Origin: an uncultured Myxococcales bacterium
GTDB taxonomy: Bacteria > Myxococcota_A > Polyangia > Palsa-1104 > JAEUJZ01
DNA length: 64,000 bases
Direction of reading: 5' to 3'
NCBI GenBank assembly: GCA_964537055.1
Contig: CAZHYV010000004.1
Span: forward strand, 112,661-176,660
Below the pieces are notes generated by a model. The model was given only the letters and a program-made list of their open reading frames with translations, made no database searches and was not told the DNA's origin. A program made the translations under genes and the position numbers. Shown here in pieces: positions 20,225 to 28,786 of the stretch (position 1 is the first letter of the stretch; each line of letters opens with the position of its first letter).

Positions 20225-22354
20225 ATGTCCACTTCATCCATCGCTGATATTGAACTAAAGTTTTACGAAACATTCTTCTTTTCTAAAGGTCTTGAGCCTT
20301 ATCGTGTGCAAGAGCAGGCCTTCTCACATATTTTTGCGGGAGAAAGCCTGCTTGTCACCGTCCCAACGGGAACAGGGAAGACGATGATGGCCAAGGCGGG
20401 TATCTTTAAGGCCCTCTCTTTAGGTCAAACGGCAGTTTATACTACGCCTCTGCGAGCATTGACCGAAGAAAAATTTCGTGAACTCTGCGCAGATTTTGGC
20501 GAGGACAAAGTAGGCTTTGCGACAGGTGATTATAAGGTCAACCCCTTAGCTCCAATCCAAGTGGTCGTCGCCGAAATCCTATGGAACCAGATTTTTTCTG
20601 ACCGCGTGTCTCGACCTGCAGATTTGGTCATCATGGACGAAGGACATTATTTCAATTCGTTTGACCGAGGGTATGTCTGGGAGCAGTCGATCATTGGTCT
20701 TGATCCAAGGACACAGCTCGTCATCTTATCTGCAACGGTAGGACATCCTGAGAAGTTTTGTGATTGGGTTCACAAGACCAGACAAGTCCCTATGGCTTTG
20801 GTACAGTCGTACGAAAGAAAAGTACCTCTGTACCATGAGTACCGAGAAAATTATCTGCTTGAAGTGGTGAAGGACCTTGCTTATCACGGAGAAACTCCAG
20901 CAATTCTCTTTGTCTTTGGCCGGGAGCTTTGCTTTGAAACAGCGCGGCTTTTGAAAAGCTGCCGACGCTTCACCACCGACGAAGAGCAAGCCAAGATGAT
21001 TCCCTTGATCGAGAAGGCACTTCTTCCACGAGGAGCTTCACAAGAGCTCCGGCCTCTTCTGCTCCACGGGATCGGCATCCATCATGCAGGTATCCTACCT
21101 CGATACAAACGCTTGGTCGAAGAGCTTGCCCTCGAGCGTTTGATCAAATTTGTGGTGAGCACTGAGACCATCGCAGCAGGAATTAATCTACCTGCCAAGC
21201 GTGTCGTATTTCCTTCGTTGAAGAAAGTAATTAAAGGCAAACCACGTCTGCTTCTCGCCGAAGAATACCACCAGATGGCAGGACGTGCAGGCAGACCTCA
21301 GTTTGACACCGAGGGAATTGCTATTACATTAGCGCCCGACGAAGTGGTTCAAGCGGTCCGCAAGGAGATTGCTGAATTACAAAAACGAAAACATAGTATC
21401 GACGAAGCAAGGATTCGCAAAGCCGTGTATGCACGTCTCCGTACTGAGGCAGCCAAAAGCGGCGACCCCCTTTGGGATGCAGACGCACATCAGAAACTGG
21501 TCCAAGGGCAACCCGCCCCGCTTCGAAGTCACACCCAAATTACGGCGGATCAAATCTTGGCGATCGGACTGCCTGATCTTACATCATCATCACAACTTGC
21601 AGAAGAGTCTACCCTCCCGCCTTCGATGAATCTAAACATCAAAACTGTGGTCGATCACTTATTGATTGATGAAAAGAGCAAGCTAACTGCCCGAAAGCAG
21701 CTTCAACACCTAACAGAAAATATGATGTCGCTGGGCATTCTGGATGAGCATGGACACCAGATCTCTGGAACGATGATAAACGACTTAAGAGGAATTGATG
21801 GGCCGTTTGTCTATTACTGCCTCAGGGCCCACGATCTCCCCTACGAGGATCTACGAACCTTGGTTGAGTTCTTGGTCGACCACGATGTGATTCACAAACG
21901 TTTACTCAGACAGGCGGACGAGAAAAAACGAGAGTGGATCAAAAATCATCTGCGGGAGTTGCGAAAGGACTTTCCCCAAGCGACTTGGGAAGACGCCGAA
22001 GAAGAGTACGAAAAGCGGTTTCCCCGGGATCTCTCCAGGATTGAGTGGATCCACCACGAGTTCCTGGGCAAAGTTCCCCATCCAGAATTGCATGGAGGGA
22101 AGGTTCAAAAGAACATCTGGTGTGTCATGGAAACCGAATCTCTTGGATTTATGGATTATGTAGAGCGATACAACCTTCAATTTGAAGAGGGAAACCTGTT
22201 TAGTTACCTTTCCCGTGTCATGAAAGTGGCAGAAACGTTACATGAAGCAACGTCTCTCGAAGAATTTTATCAAATCGAGCGTGGGGTTCGAACTGTCTTA
22301 GGAACCATTGATGAACGTGTTCTCGAGGAGAGTTATGCTTCTCCTACCCCATAA
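20225..22354 (+). CDS. DExH-box (superfamily 2) helicase
   Basis: Motif I PTGTGKT, motif II DEGH, motif III SAT and motif VI QMAGRAGR. 709 aa with a C-terminal extension. Confidence 0.8.
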   Translation: MSTSSIADIELKFYETFFFSKGLEPYRVQEQAFSHIFAGESLLVTVPTGTGKTMMAKAGIFKALSLGQTAVYTTPLRALTEEKFRELCADFGEDKVGFATGDYKVNPLAPIQVVVAEILWNQIFSDRVSRPADLVIMDEGHYFNSFDRGYVWEQSIIGLDPRTQLVILSATVGHPEKFCDWVHKTRQVPMALVQSYERKVPLYHEYRENYLLEVVKDLAYHGETPAILFVFGRELCFETARLLKSCRRFTTDEEQAKMIPLIEKALLPRGASQELRPLLLHGIGIHHAGILPRYKRLVEELALERLIKFVVSTETIAAGINLPAKRVVFPSLKKVIKGKPRLLLAEEYHQMAGRAGRPQFDTEGIAITLAPDEVVQAVRKEIAELQKRKHSIDEARIRKAVYARLRTEAAKSGDPLWDADAHQKLVQGQPAPLRSHTQITADQILAIGLPDLTSSSQLAEESTLPPSMNLNIKTVVDHLLIDEKSKLTARKQLQHLTENMMSLGILDEHGHQISGTMINDLRGIDGPFVYYCLRAHDLPYEDLRTLVEFLVDHDVIHKRLLRQADEKKREWIKNHLRELRKDFPQATWEDAEEEYEKRFPRDLSRIEWIHHEFLGKVPHPELHGGKVQKNIWCVMETESLGFMDYVERYNLQFEEGNLFSYLSRVMKVAETLHEATSLEEFYQIERGVRTVLGTIDERVLEESYASPTP

Positions 22355-22627
22355 CCCCTTTGGCCTTTGCATATAAGAACTTATTCCTTACCCATCGGCC
22401 ATGCTTCCCCAACCGTTCAATCACAACGAAGCCTAAACTTGTTACGAGGCCGACCTGAGTTTGTGTTACTACTACAGCCAAAACCTATACACAAATTAAA
22501 GGTTTCTTGAACCGCAGGTCCTCCTTCTTGGATTAAATTTTTTTGTCAATTCTTTAGAAATCTTGCTATTTTTTCCCTACATATCCACCCAACGTGCACA
22601 CATCTTACATCATGCTACAATGATGAC

Positions 22628-24247
22628 ATGGTGCGACGAAGTATGGTAACATTAGGATTTTTGCTCTTTTGTTTCTTCTCATGCAAAGCTCCACCCTCTT
22701 TTTTAGAAAAAGACTACTTTGCCCTCCTTGAAAGGGAATGTTCTCTCCTCCCCAAGCAAGGGTCTTTCTATCTCGATCCTCCTCCGTCGTGCCAAGAAGC
22801 GTTTGATTGGGTGCTCCCTCTTGAAGCCAAGTATCATCAAGCTGAGTACGCAGAAGAAAAAGCTCGTCTCTATCGGGCCTTTTACTTTCTCCTTACTCGT
22901 CCTTTAGCACTACCTATGGAGAAAAATATCTACGGGATGGTGCCTGCAGGCGATTTGGTTGCTCCTTCGGTTCTCCAGATGAGGAAAGAGCATCCAGAAA
23001 TGAAGCTCAATCAAATCTTTTTTAACTACGTCTTAAACGCCACCAATGAGATCAAGATAAAAACCGATTATCCTAGCAGAAGCGGATATTTCAATCCAAT
23101 GACACAAAGCATTCATATAGCCCCTTTATCAGAACCCAATTCCACCATCGAGCAGGTTCTAGTTGATGCGTCCACATTAATCCACGAGGCTCGGCACTCG
23201 GAGACAGGGCCTCATGATACCTTTTGCAAAGGAGACACCCTGATCCCTGAGTGCGACAAAGGAACCGATCAACCCCATGGATTTCAGCTCACCTATCTAT
23301 GGAGTCTCCTTCAGGGCAATGAACTCCGTCCGCATCTTTCGATGACCGAAATGATTTATGTGGAAACTCAAATCTTCGAGGAGACCACTTCATTAACAAC
23401 CCTTCCCGGAGAAGTGCTCCTTTTTCGAGACATGGCTTGCGACCTCGAAGAAGCCTATAAGCCAGAAGGAGGGTTACGGAACTATTTCTCGTTCCGAGCA
23501 ATTTCTCAAGCAGAACAGCTTAGTACCTATGAACGGCAGTCCTTTTTTGTAGAGAGTGATGTCTACAAACAAGCCATGTCCGCTTGCAAAGGAACGCCTC
23601 AATCTTTCCAATGTGAGAAGATGATGGACCGCCTCATGGCCTCCTCCTTAGAATCAAGTGCTGAAGGCCTAAGAAGTTGCTCGACCTCAGGAGATATCGT
23701 AGAGAACTGCCAATCCAGGATCCGGAAAGGTTTTCTTTCCCTGCTATTAAATCCGCTTATTCTCCCTTTGGAAAAGTCGGTGCTTGGCCTAGGGCAAGCA
23801 CAAGATTTACTAGACCCTGATTTTCTGTCTTTGTTCCAGCATAATTCCTCGATGAATCCAAATCAGGTTTTATTCAATTATTTGCTTAAGGTACTTCCTA
23901 CTGTTCCGGATTGGTCTTTGGCTTATCCTTATTTTTCCGAACCTCTTGGGGAAGGTCCTTCACTGTATCTTCATGAAATCTCATCTTTCTTTGCCCGACT
24001 ACCCAGCATGTCTACCGTTTCTACCCTCTCAGTCCGCGAACTTCCTCGGTGGTACGGAAGCCTGCTCTGGGTTTTTCTGAAAAGTAATAGTGCCGCAACC
24101 AAACCCTTTTTAAAGCCTCAAGAAGTTTCTGGGCTTACCGAAGTGATGTGTGAGGCCTTTAGGCAATCTTCCCTCCCCATTCAGTTCTCAACATTAAAAC
24201 AGATGTCTTGCCAGGATTCTAAAATTCTGAAAAAATGGATGTCGTGA
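22628..24247 (+). CDS. hypothetical Cys-rich secreted protein or lipoprotein with an internal repeat
   Basis: Signal-peptide-like N-terminus (LLFCFFSC). Two related roughly 70-aa segments share L..PL.LP.EK...G...A.DL..P..L........NQ..FNY.L. Confidence 0.45.
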   Translation: MVRRSMVTLGFLLFCFFSCKAPPSFLEKDYFALLERECSLLPKQGSFYLDPPPSCQEAFDWVLPLEAKYHQAEYAEEKARLYRAFYFLLTRPLALPMEKNIYGMVPAGDLVAPSVLQMRKEHPEMKLNQIFFNYVLNATNEIKIKTDYPSRSGYFNPMTQSIHIAPLSEPNSTIEQVLVDASTLIHEARHSETGPHDTFCKGDTLIPECDKGTDQPHGFQLTYLWSLLQGNELRPHLSMTEMIYVETQIFEETTSLTTLPGEVLLFRDMACDLEEAYKPEGGLRNYFSFRAISQAEQLSTYERQSFFVESDVYKQAMSACKGTPQSFQCEKMMDRLMASSLESSAEGLRSCSTSGDIVENCQSRIRKGFLSLLLNPLILPLEKSVLGLGQAQDLLDPDFLSLFQHNSSMNPNQVLFNYLLKVLPTVPDWSLAYPYFSEPLGEGPSLYLHEISSFFARLPSMSTVSTLSVRELPRWYGSLLWVFLKSNSAATKPFLKPQEVSGLTEVMCEAFRQSSLPIQFSTLKQMSCQDSKILKKWMS

Positions 24248-25326
24248 GGCGTCTATTTCAAAAGATTCTTTCCATCGCCTATGCTGTCCCCATAGCAAAC
24301 ATGGGGCTCATTCTTTGCGTGTTAACGCCTTTTCAGGCAAGTGCAGCTTCTGATCCAACTCTGCGTACTGCTTCGCCTCCACAAGCTGCAAAAGACCCAC
24401 AGCTCCAACTGCTTGGCTCGACGGGCATTGGCACTTACAACATTGTCATCCCTAAGACAGAGACTTGGTATGCGCCTCTCCGTCTTGATCTTTTGCCACA
24501 ATGTCATCAGCCCGGCTTTTGTCAAAAGTATAAGCTTCGCTTCGCCATCACTCATCTAGATTTCTCGTTTGCGCAAGCGCCTCGGGTTCTGTCTCCCGGG
24601 AAAGCTGCCGAGAACGGACTTCCCTCTTTGTACGTAAATGTTGAAGCGTTTCAGATGCAGTTTACAAAAAGGATTTGGGTAAGCTTTGGTCAAATGCAGC
24701 TCTTCCGAGCCTTACGGCAACTAGATGAGGTAATGAATACCCAACTCACCGTTGCCAAACTGTCTGTACCCTTTGGAAGACTTGATAAATCTTGGGCGCA
24801 GGGAGGATGCTTTTTTGACATGAAGGGCCCGGGCTTCAAACAGGTGGCATACGGGTATCCAAACGAGGTTCCCTTCACTGGCCTCTTTGTGCTGGGCATC
24901 CAAACCAGCTGCCAAGTTGCCCTAGGTAGCCGAACTACCTCTGCGACCTTAGGCTATGCGTTTCGTAATGAAATCTCCGTGGGCAAAAGCGGAAACGGCA
25001 CGGCCGATAAGCCAGGACCCTTTGGCGCCCTTCTTACAGAGCACCGCTTTCAGATAAACGCCGGCGTGAAGCTTCGGCTGCCCGAAAAAGCACAAGCACT
25101 CGGGTTTCATCAGGTACGGCTCGAAGGAGTGCTTACACTCTTTTATCATATGAACCATGGCTGCCTTATCAGCCCCAGTCTCTCAAATCCACTGTGCAGC
25201 AACCAGGCTGATCAGTTCGAGCCTCGAGCCGGGATCCAACTCAGTCTAGATTTTGGTACACCAAAAACCCAATCTCAAAGCCACCCGATGGATCTACCCT
25301 ACACCTTCCCAAACTTTGGGTTATAG
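24235..25326 (+). CDS. hypothetical secreted protein
   Basis: 363 aa with a cleavable-signal-like N-terminus (IANMGLILCVLTPFQASAAS). Its last 16 codons plus stop are duplicated 2.5 kb downstream. Confidence 0.45.
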   Translation: MDVVRRLFQKILSIAYAVPIANMGLILCVLTPFQASAASDPTLRTASPPQAAKDPQLQLLGSTGIGTYNIVIPKTETWYAPLRLDLLPQCHQPGFCQKYKLRFAITHLDFSFAQAPRVLSPGKAAENGLPSLYVNVEAFQMQFTKRIWVSFGQMQLFRALRQLDEVMNTQLTVAKLSVPFGRLDKSWAQGGCFFDMKGPGFKQVAYGYPNEVPFTGLFVLGIQTSCQVALGSRTTSATLGYAFRNEISVGKSGNGTADKPGPFGALLTEHRFQINAGVKLRLPEKAQALGFHQVRLEGVLTLFYHMNHGCLISPSLSNPLCSNQADQFEPRAGIQLSLDFGTPKTQSQSHPMDLPYTFPNFGL

Positions 25327-25330
25327 CGGA
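25275..25330. repeat. direct repeat copy 1 (3' end of the upstream gene)
   Basis: Hand alignment gives 47/56 identity with 27795..27850. Both copies keep the frame QSHPMDLP(Y/H)(T/I)FP(N/S)FG(L/P) followed by a stop. Confidence 0.7.
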
Positions 25331-25502
25331 ACAGGGAGGCTACGTCTTCTCCGGTAGCCCATTCCTTTTTGCAACCATATCCTTACAAAGGTACCCTCCT
25401 CAAATGGAAGACTTTTATAAAACCGCTTGTGCTGCTCCTTTCTTGCTGATATGACCTAAAAAATTGAATTTCCTCAACAAACTGTAAAAGAGGAGGAGCA
25501 TC

Positions 25503-26585
25503 ATGAAATCAAAAGCACTACTTGTAGGGTTGTATGGCCTGATAAGTTTTTCTTGTGGACCTCTAGAAGAGCAAACCACAGAACCTTCCGAAGAAAGAGA
25601 GCGTCGCACAAATTCCTTGGCACAGGCGGACGATCCGAATGCAGAGTGCCAAGGGTCTTCCGGGGAAAACCCAATGCCAGATGGTCCCTGTATCGAAGCG
25701 GCCGATCATGAAAAAGACGAGATTTTGTCCGAACGAAAATTCCGAGAACTGCGCGAGGTAGCTCGCATAGCCTTCGGAAACTTCCCACGGCGAGATTCAG
25801 CTGGCTTTGTACACTTTGTCTCAGCAACCTCGGAAAATGATGAAATCATTGATGTTCGGCTTACCACCCCTTTTCCAATCATAAAACAAAAATGCTGGAA
25901 TTGGTGCGGCCCTGCAGCAACCCAAATGGTGCTCCATTATTTTCGGCGGCATGCTTCCCAAGATGACATCAAGGAAGCTGAAAGAGCCGGAGAATGTGAT
26001 GTGAAAGACTCAGGAGGCACTGCCATTGAGCCTATCTTAAAATACCTGAACGCACACATTGCTGAGATGGAGGATACCATCATCGATCCCATGAGTTGGA
26101 ATGACCCTTCCGGTCAATTCACTTATACTCTAGCATCTTCACATCCAGTGACGATTCTCCCCAAAACCGTCGTTCCCTACTCAGGCCATCATATAGGGCC
26201 TGATCCGGAGGACGAGAAAAATAATGCAAAAACGCTCATTACCATGGTCATTACTGATGTTGTGAAGCACAACCAGCCGGTGATTGTTTTGATCAATGAA
26301 ACTCCTCCCCAAAAGGAATATATATTTCCTGGCTTCTTTTATAAAACAAAGAATCTAAAAAAAGAGGCAAGGCGTGCTCATTATGTCCTTTTGATTGGAT
26401 ATAAAGGAAACTACGACGGGAGTGATGATTCTGCTCAATTTATCTTCCGTGAAAGCAGCACGCGGAATGGCATTGGAGATCGAATCATTCGGGAAGAAGT
26501 CAGTGTCAATGCCATCATCGCTGAGTTAGAATCCAATAATGGACATGGGGGCATGTCAAAGGAGAACTGGAATGTCCTTTATTAA
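25503..26585 (+). CDS. secreted C39-like papain-fold cysteine peptidase (Peptidase_C39_2-like)
   Basis: Signal or lipoprotein-like N-terminus (LISFSCG). Catalytic-Cys motif KCWNWCGPAATQMVL, later NQPVIVLIN, and a His motif AHYVLLIGYKGNYDGSDD, matching the C39-like family architecture as recalled. Confidence 0.6.
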   Translation: MKSKALLVGLYGLISFSCGPLEEQTTEPSEERERRTNSLAQADDPNAECQGSSGENPMPDGPCIEAADHEKDEILSERKFRELREVARIAFGNFPRRDSAGFVHFVSATSENDEIIDVRLTTPFPIIKQKCWNWCGPAATQMVLHYFRRHASQDDIKEAERAGECDVKDSGGTAIEPILKYLNAHIAEMEDTIIDPMSWNDPSGQFTYTLASSHPVTILPKTVVPYSGHHIGPDPEDEKNNAKTLITMVITDVVKHNQPVIVLINETPPQKEYIFPGFFYKTKNLKKEARRAHYVLLIGYKGNYDGSDDSAQFIFRESSTRNGIGDRIIREEVSVNAIIAELESNNGHGGMSKENWNVLY

Positions 26586-27789
26586 AAAAGAATCTTACAA
26601 GATGAGGGCTTTAGACTCTCATATGATCCAATGCCTAAGCATTGGATTCTTCCTTCTTCTTTCTACAAATGCATCTCCTACCAGTACCCCAAGCGACCCC
26701 TACTTTCGGGGTTTTGTCAAAACTCCTGTAGTGGCCACTGAGCTTACCGATCGGCCTTATCGAACCTGGATGATCCCTTCGCTTCCTCATCCTGATAGAC
26801 TTACCTATGCCTCAAACCACGGGCTACTGGTCTATCAATGTCAAAGTAATCCAACTGATGAAGAAAGCGATCTCACCTTTTGCTTTATAGATTTTAGAGA
26901 ACCTGTTCTGACCGAGCGCATGCTACCCCTTCCAAAACAAAAGACCACGCGTCTTTTTTTGGGCGGTCCACGGGCGGTCAGCGGGGATTGGGTGCTCGGG
27001 ATTTCTGGATGGAAGAGCGATACATATCGGGCCTTCCACCTTAAAACCGGGAAGCAGCTCATTGTGGGCAAAATCAGAAAGACGCCGGTGGATCATCCCG
27101 TAGGGCCGTTTGCGACCATTGCCGATCATCGGGTCGTTTGGGTCGATGAGTATAGAGACAAGACCGGCCGTAGAAATGCCATTAAGCTATTTGATCTGAA
27201 CACACACAGAGCGAAAACCCTATTTGAAGTACCTCCCGTTCACGAGGTAGATCAGGTAGCTTTAGAGAAAAATTTATTAGTGTATAGCTTGGTCGATTTG
27301 AAAGACCAAGAGAGTAAAGGCGAAGTTGCGAGTGATATTTACTTATATAACCTGACTACAAAAACCCATACTCGTTTGAGTCAAACGAAGCATGCCTCAC
27401 AGCCTGACATTGCCTGGCCATACGTAGTGTGGAAAACAGGGGTCTTTTTTGGAGTAAGTGGAATTTACCTTTACAATGGAGAAACAAAAACAGGGACCGA
27501 GCTCATCCAGGCAACCCGCGGAACCTCTCCTATTCGCAGTTATGAATTCCCGTTTATTTCTAAGGAGGGCGTGGCATGGCATGGTCTAGATTCTGATCGT
27601 AGAGTCGTTTTGTACCATCCTAAGACAAAAACGGAAGAGGTCCTGGCCAAAGCAGGATGGACCGTCTCGTTAGCGGGGCATTATCTTACCTGGGAAAGTG
27701 ACAACGAAAAAGATCCCAGCTGTACGGCCCCGAAGAAAAAGGACTGTTTGTACTTTACAGACCTTTCCGTACCTAATCGAAAACAATAA
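26572..27789 (+). CDS. secreted beta-propeller-like repeat protein
   Basis: RBS aaggag 12 nt upstream of the ATG, with a 14-nt overlap with the preceding gene. Signal peptide, then recurring blade-like segments (VVWVDEY, LLVYSLVD, YVVWKTG, GVAWHGLD, HYLTWESD). Confidence 0.5.
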   Translation: MSFIKKESYKMRALDSHMIQCLSIGFFLLLSTNASPTSTPSDPYFRGFVKTPVVATELTDRPYRTWMIPSLPHPDRLTYASNHGLLVYQCQSNPTDEESDLTFCFIDFREPVLTERMLPLPKQKTTRLFLGGPRAVSGDWVLGISGWKSDTYRAFHLKTGKQLIVGKIRKTPVDHPVGPFATIADHRVVWVDEYRDKTGRRNAIKLFDLNTHRAKTLFEVPPVHEVDQVALEKNLLVYSLVDLKDQESKGEVASDIYLYNLTTKTHTRLSQTKHASQPDIAWPYVVWKTGVFFGVSGIYLYNGETKTGTELIQATRGTSPIRSYEFPFISKEGVAWHGLDSDRRVVLYHPKTKTEEVLAKAGWTVSLAGHYLTWESDNEKDPSCTAPKKKDCLYFTDLSVPNRKQ

Positions 27790-27794
27790 GAGTT

Positions 27795-27850
27795 CCAAAG
27801 CCACCCCATGGATCTGCCCCACATCTTCCCAAGTTTTGGGCCGTAGCGGA
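27795..27850. repeat. direct repeat copy 2 (a displaced copy of the 3' end of gene 24235..25326)
   Basis: See copy 1. It lies immediately after the stop of the beta-propeller gene and ahead of rpmH. Confidence 0.7.
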
Positions 27851-27922
27851 CTCATGAGAAGAAGAGATCTTGACAACCGTCTAAAGATCCTGGTAGAACT
27901 GCTTCTTCAAAAGGAGTAGCCT

Positions 27923-28072
27923 GTGAAACGTACGTACCAACCTAGCAACCAACGTCGAAAACGAACCCATGGATTCCGAGTACGGATGAAAACCCGGGGT
28001 GGCAGACTGACCCTTTCCCGTCGTCGCCGTAAAGGTCGTGCTCGAATTGCAGTTACCATTGCAACCAAGTAA
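27923..28072 (+). CDS. rpmH: 50S ribosomal protein L34
   Basis: GTG start with RBS aaggag at 27911-27916. [45 protein letters not shown] is the canonical L34. It falls below the ORF-track size cutoff. Confidence 0.9.
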   Translation: MKRTYQPSNQRRKRTHGFRVRMKTRGGRLTLSRRRRKGRARIAVTIATK

Positions 28073-28127
28073 TGAGCTTTCTTTTTACGTAGGTTTTCCC
28101 CAATTATCAGGGTTATCCCTTCCTCCT

Positions 28128-28505
28128 GTGACCACTTTTTTTTCTTTTTCGTCTCAAGAGAGAATCCGAAAACGTTCGGACTTTCTACGAATGTTAAAAA
28201 CAGGAGTACGATGTCCTTCGCCTCATTTTATCTTTCTCTTAAAAGCATCTGAGCTTCCTTATCCACGGCTTGGTCTAATCGTATCAAAAAAAGTGGGCCC
28301 GGCTGTGGTAAGAAACCGGGTCAAGCGGTGCCTCCGAGAAATCTTCCGTCATCATAAACAGGCAGTGGGCGAATATCGAGACGTTGTTGTGATTGCAAAA
28401 CCATCCGCCGCTTTGCTAACGTTTCAGGAAATCGCAGCCCAGGTGAGAAGGTTTCTTTCTTCCCCTGCAGCAAAGGCCCTGCTTCCAAGAAAGGAGTTGG
28501 CATGA
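28128..28505 (+). CDS. rnpA: ribonuclease P protein component
   Basis: [51 protein letters not shown]. The start is taken at an in-frame GTG after the rpmH stop; the ORF track start at 28038 overlaps rpmH. Confidence 0.8.
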   Translation: MTTFFSFSSQERIRKRSDFLRMLKTGVRCPSPHFIFLLKASELPYPRLGLIVSKKVGPAVVRNRVKRCLREIFRHHKQAVGEYRDVVVIAKPSAALLTFQEIAAQVRRFLSSPAAKALLPRKELA

Positions 28506-28783
28506 AATCTTTCATTTTGATCTTTCAGCGGATTCTCACCTTTGGCATGCGGGGTCTTATTCGAGGATACCAACTTTTTTTGTCACCGTTACTGTATCTT
28601 TTTTTCCCAGGATGGGGCTGTAGGTTTATTCCTACTTGCTCTGAATACGCCCGTGAGTGTATTCTCCTTTTCGGCCCGTGGAAAGGGATCGGGCTTACTT
28701 TGAAGCGGATCGGCAAATGTCACCCGTTTCACCCTGGAGGAATTGACCTTCCGAAGGGGATTAATGAAGATTTGAGGACATAA
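28502..28783 (+). CDS. yidD: membrane protein insertion efficiency factor YidD
   Basis: [13 protein letters not shown]...[11 protein letters not shown]...HP.HPGGID; 93 aa; 4-nt overlap with rnpA. Confidence 0.85.
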   Translation: MKSFILIFQRILTFGMRGLIRGYQLFLSPLLYLFFPGWGCRFIPTCSEYARECILLFGPWKGIGLTLKRIGKCHPFHPGGIDLPKGINEDLRT

Positions 28784-28786
28784 TTT

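Noticed and set aside
24322-24559. Antisense and alternative-frame small ORFs within gene 24235..25326
   Set aside because: They are nested in the signal-peptide-bearing ORF and have no motifs.
27879-27907. ttgaca-17-tagaac promoter-like match upstream of rpmH
   Set aside because: The implied transcription start would fall within or after the rpmH RBS (27911-27916), leaving no leader; probably fortuitous.
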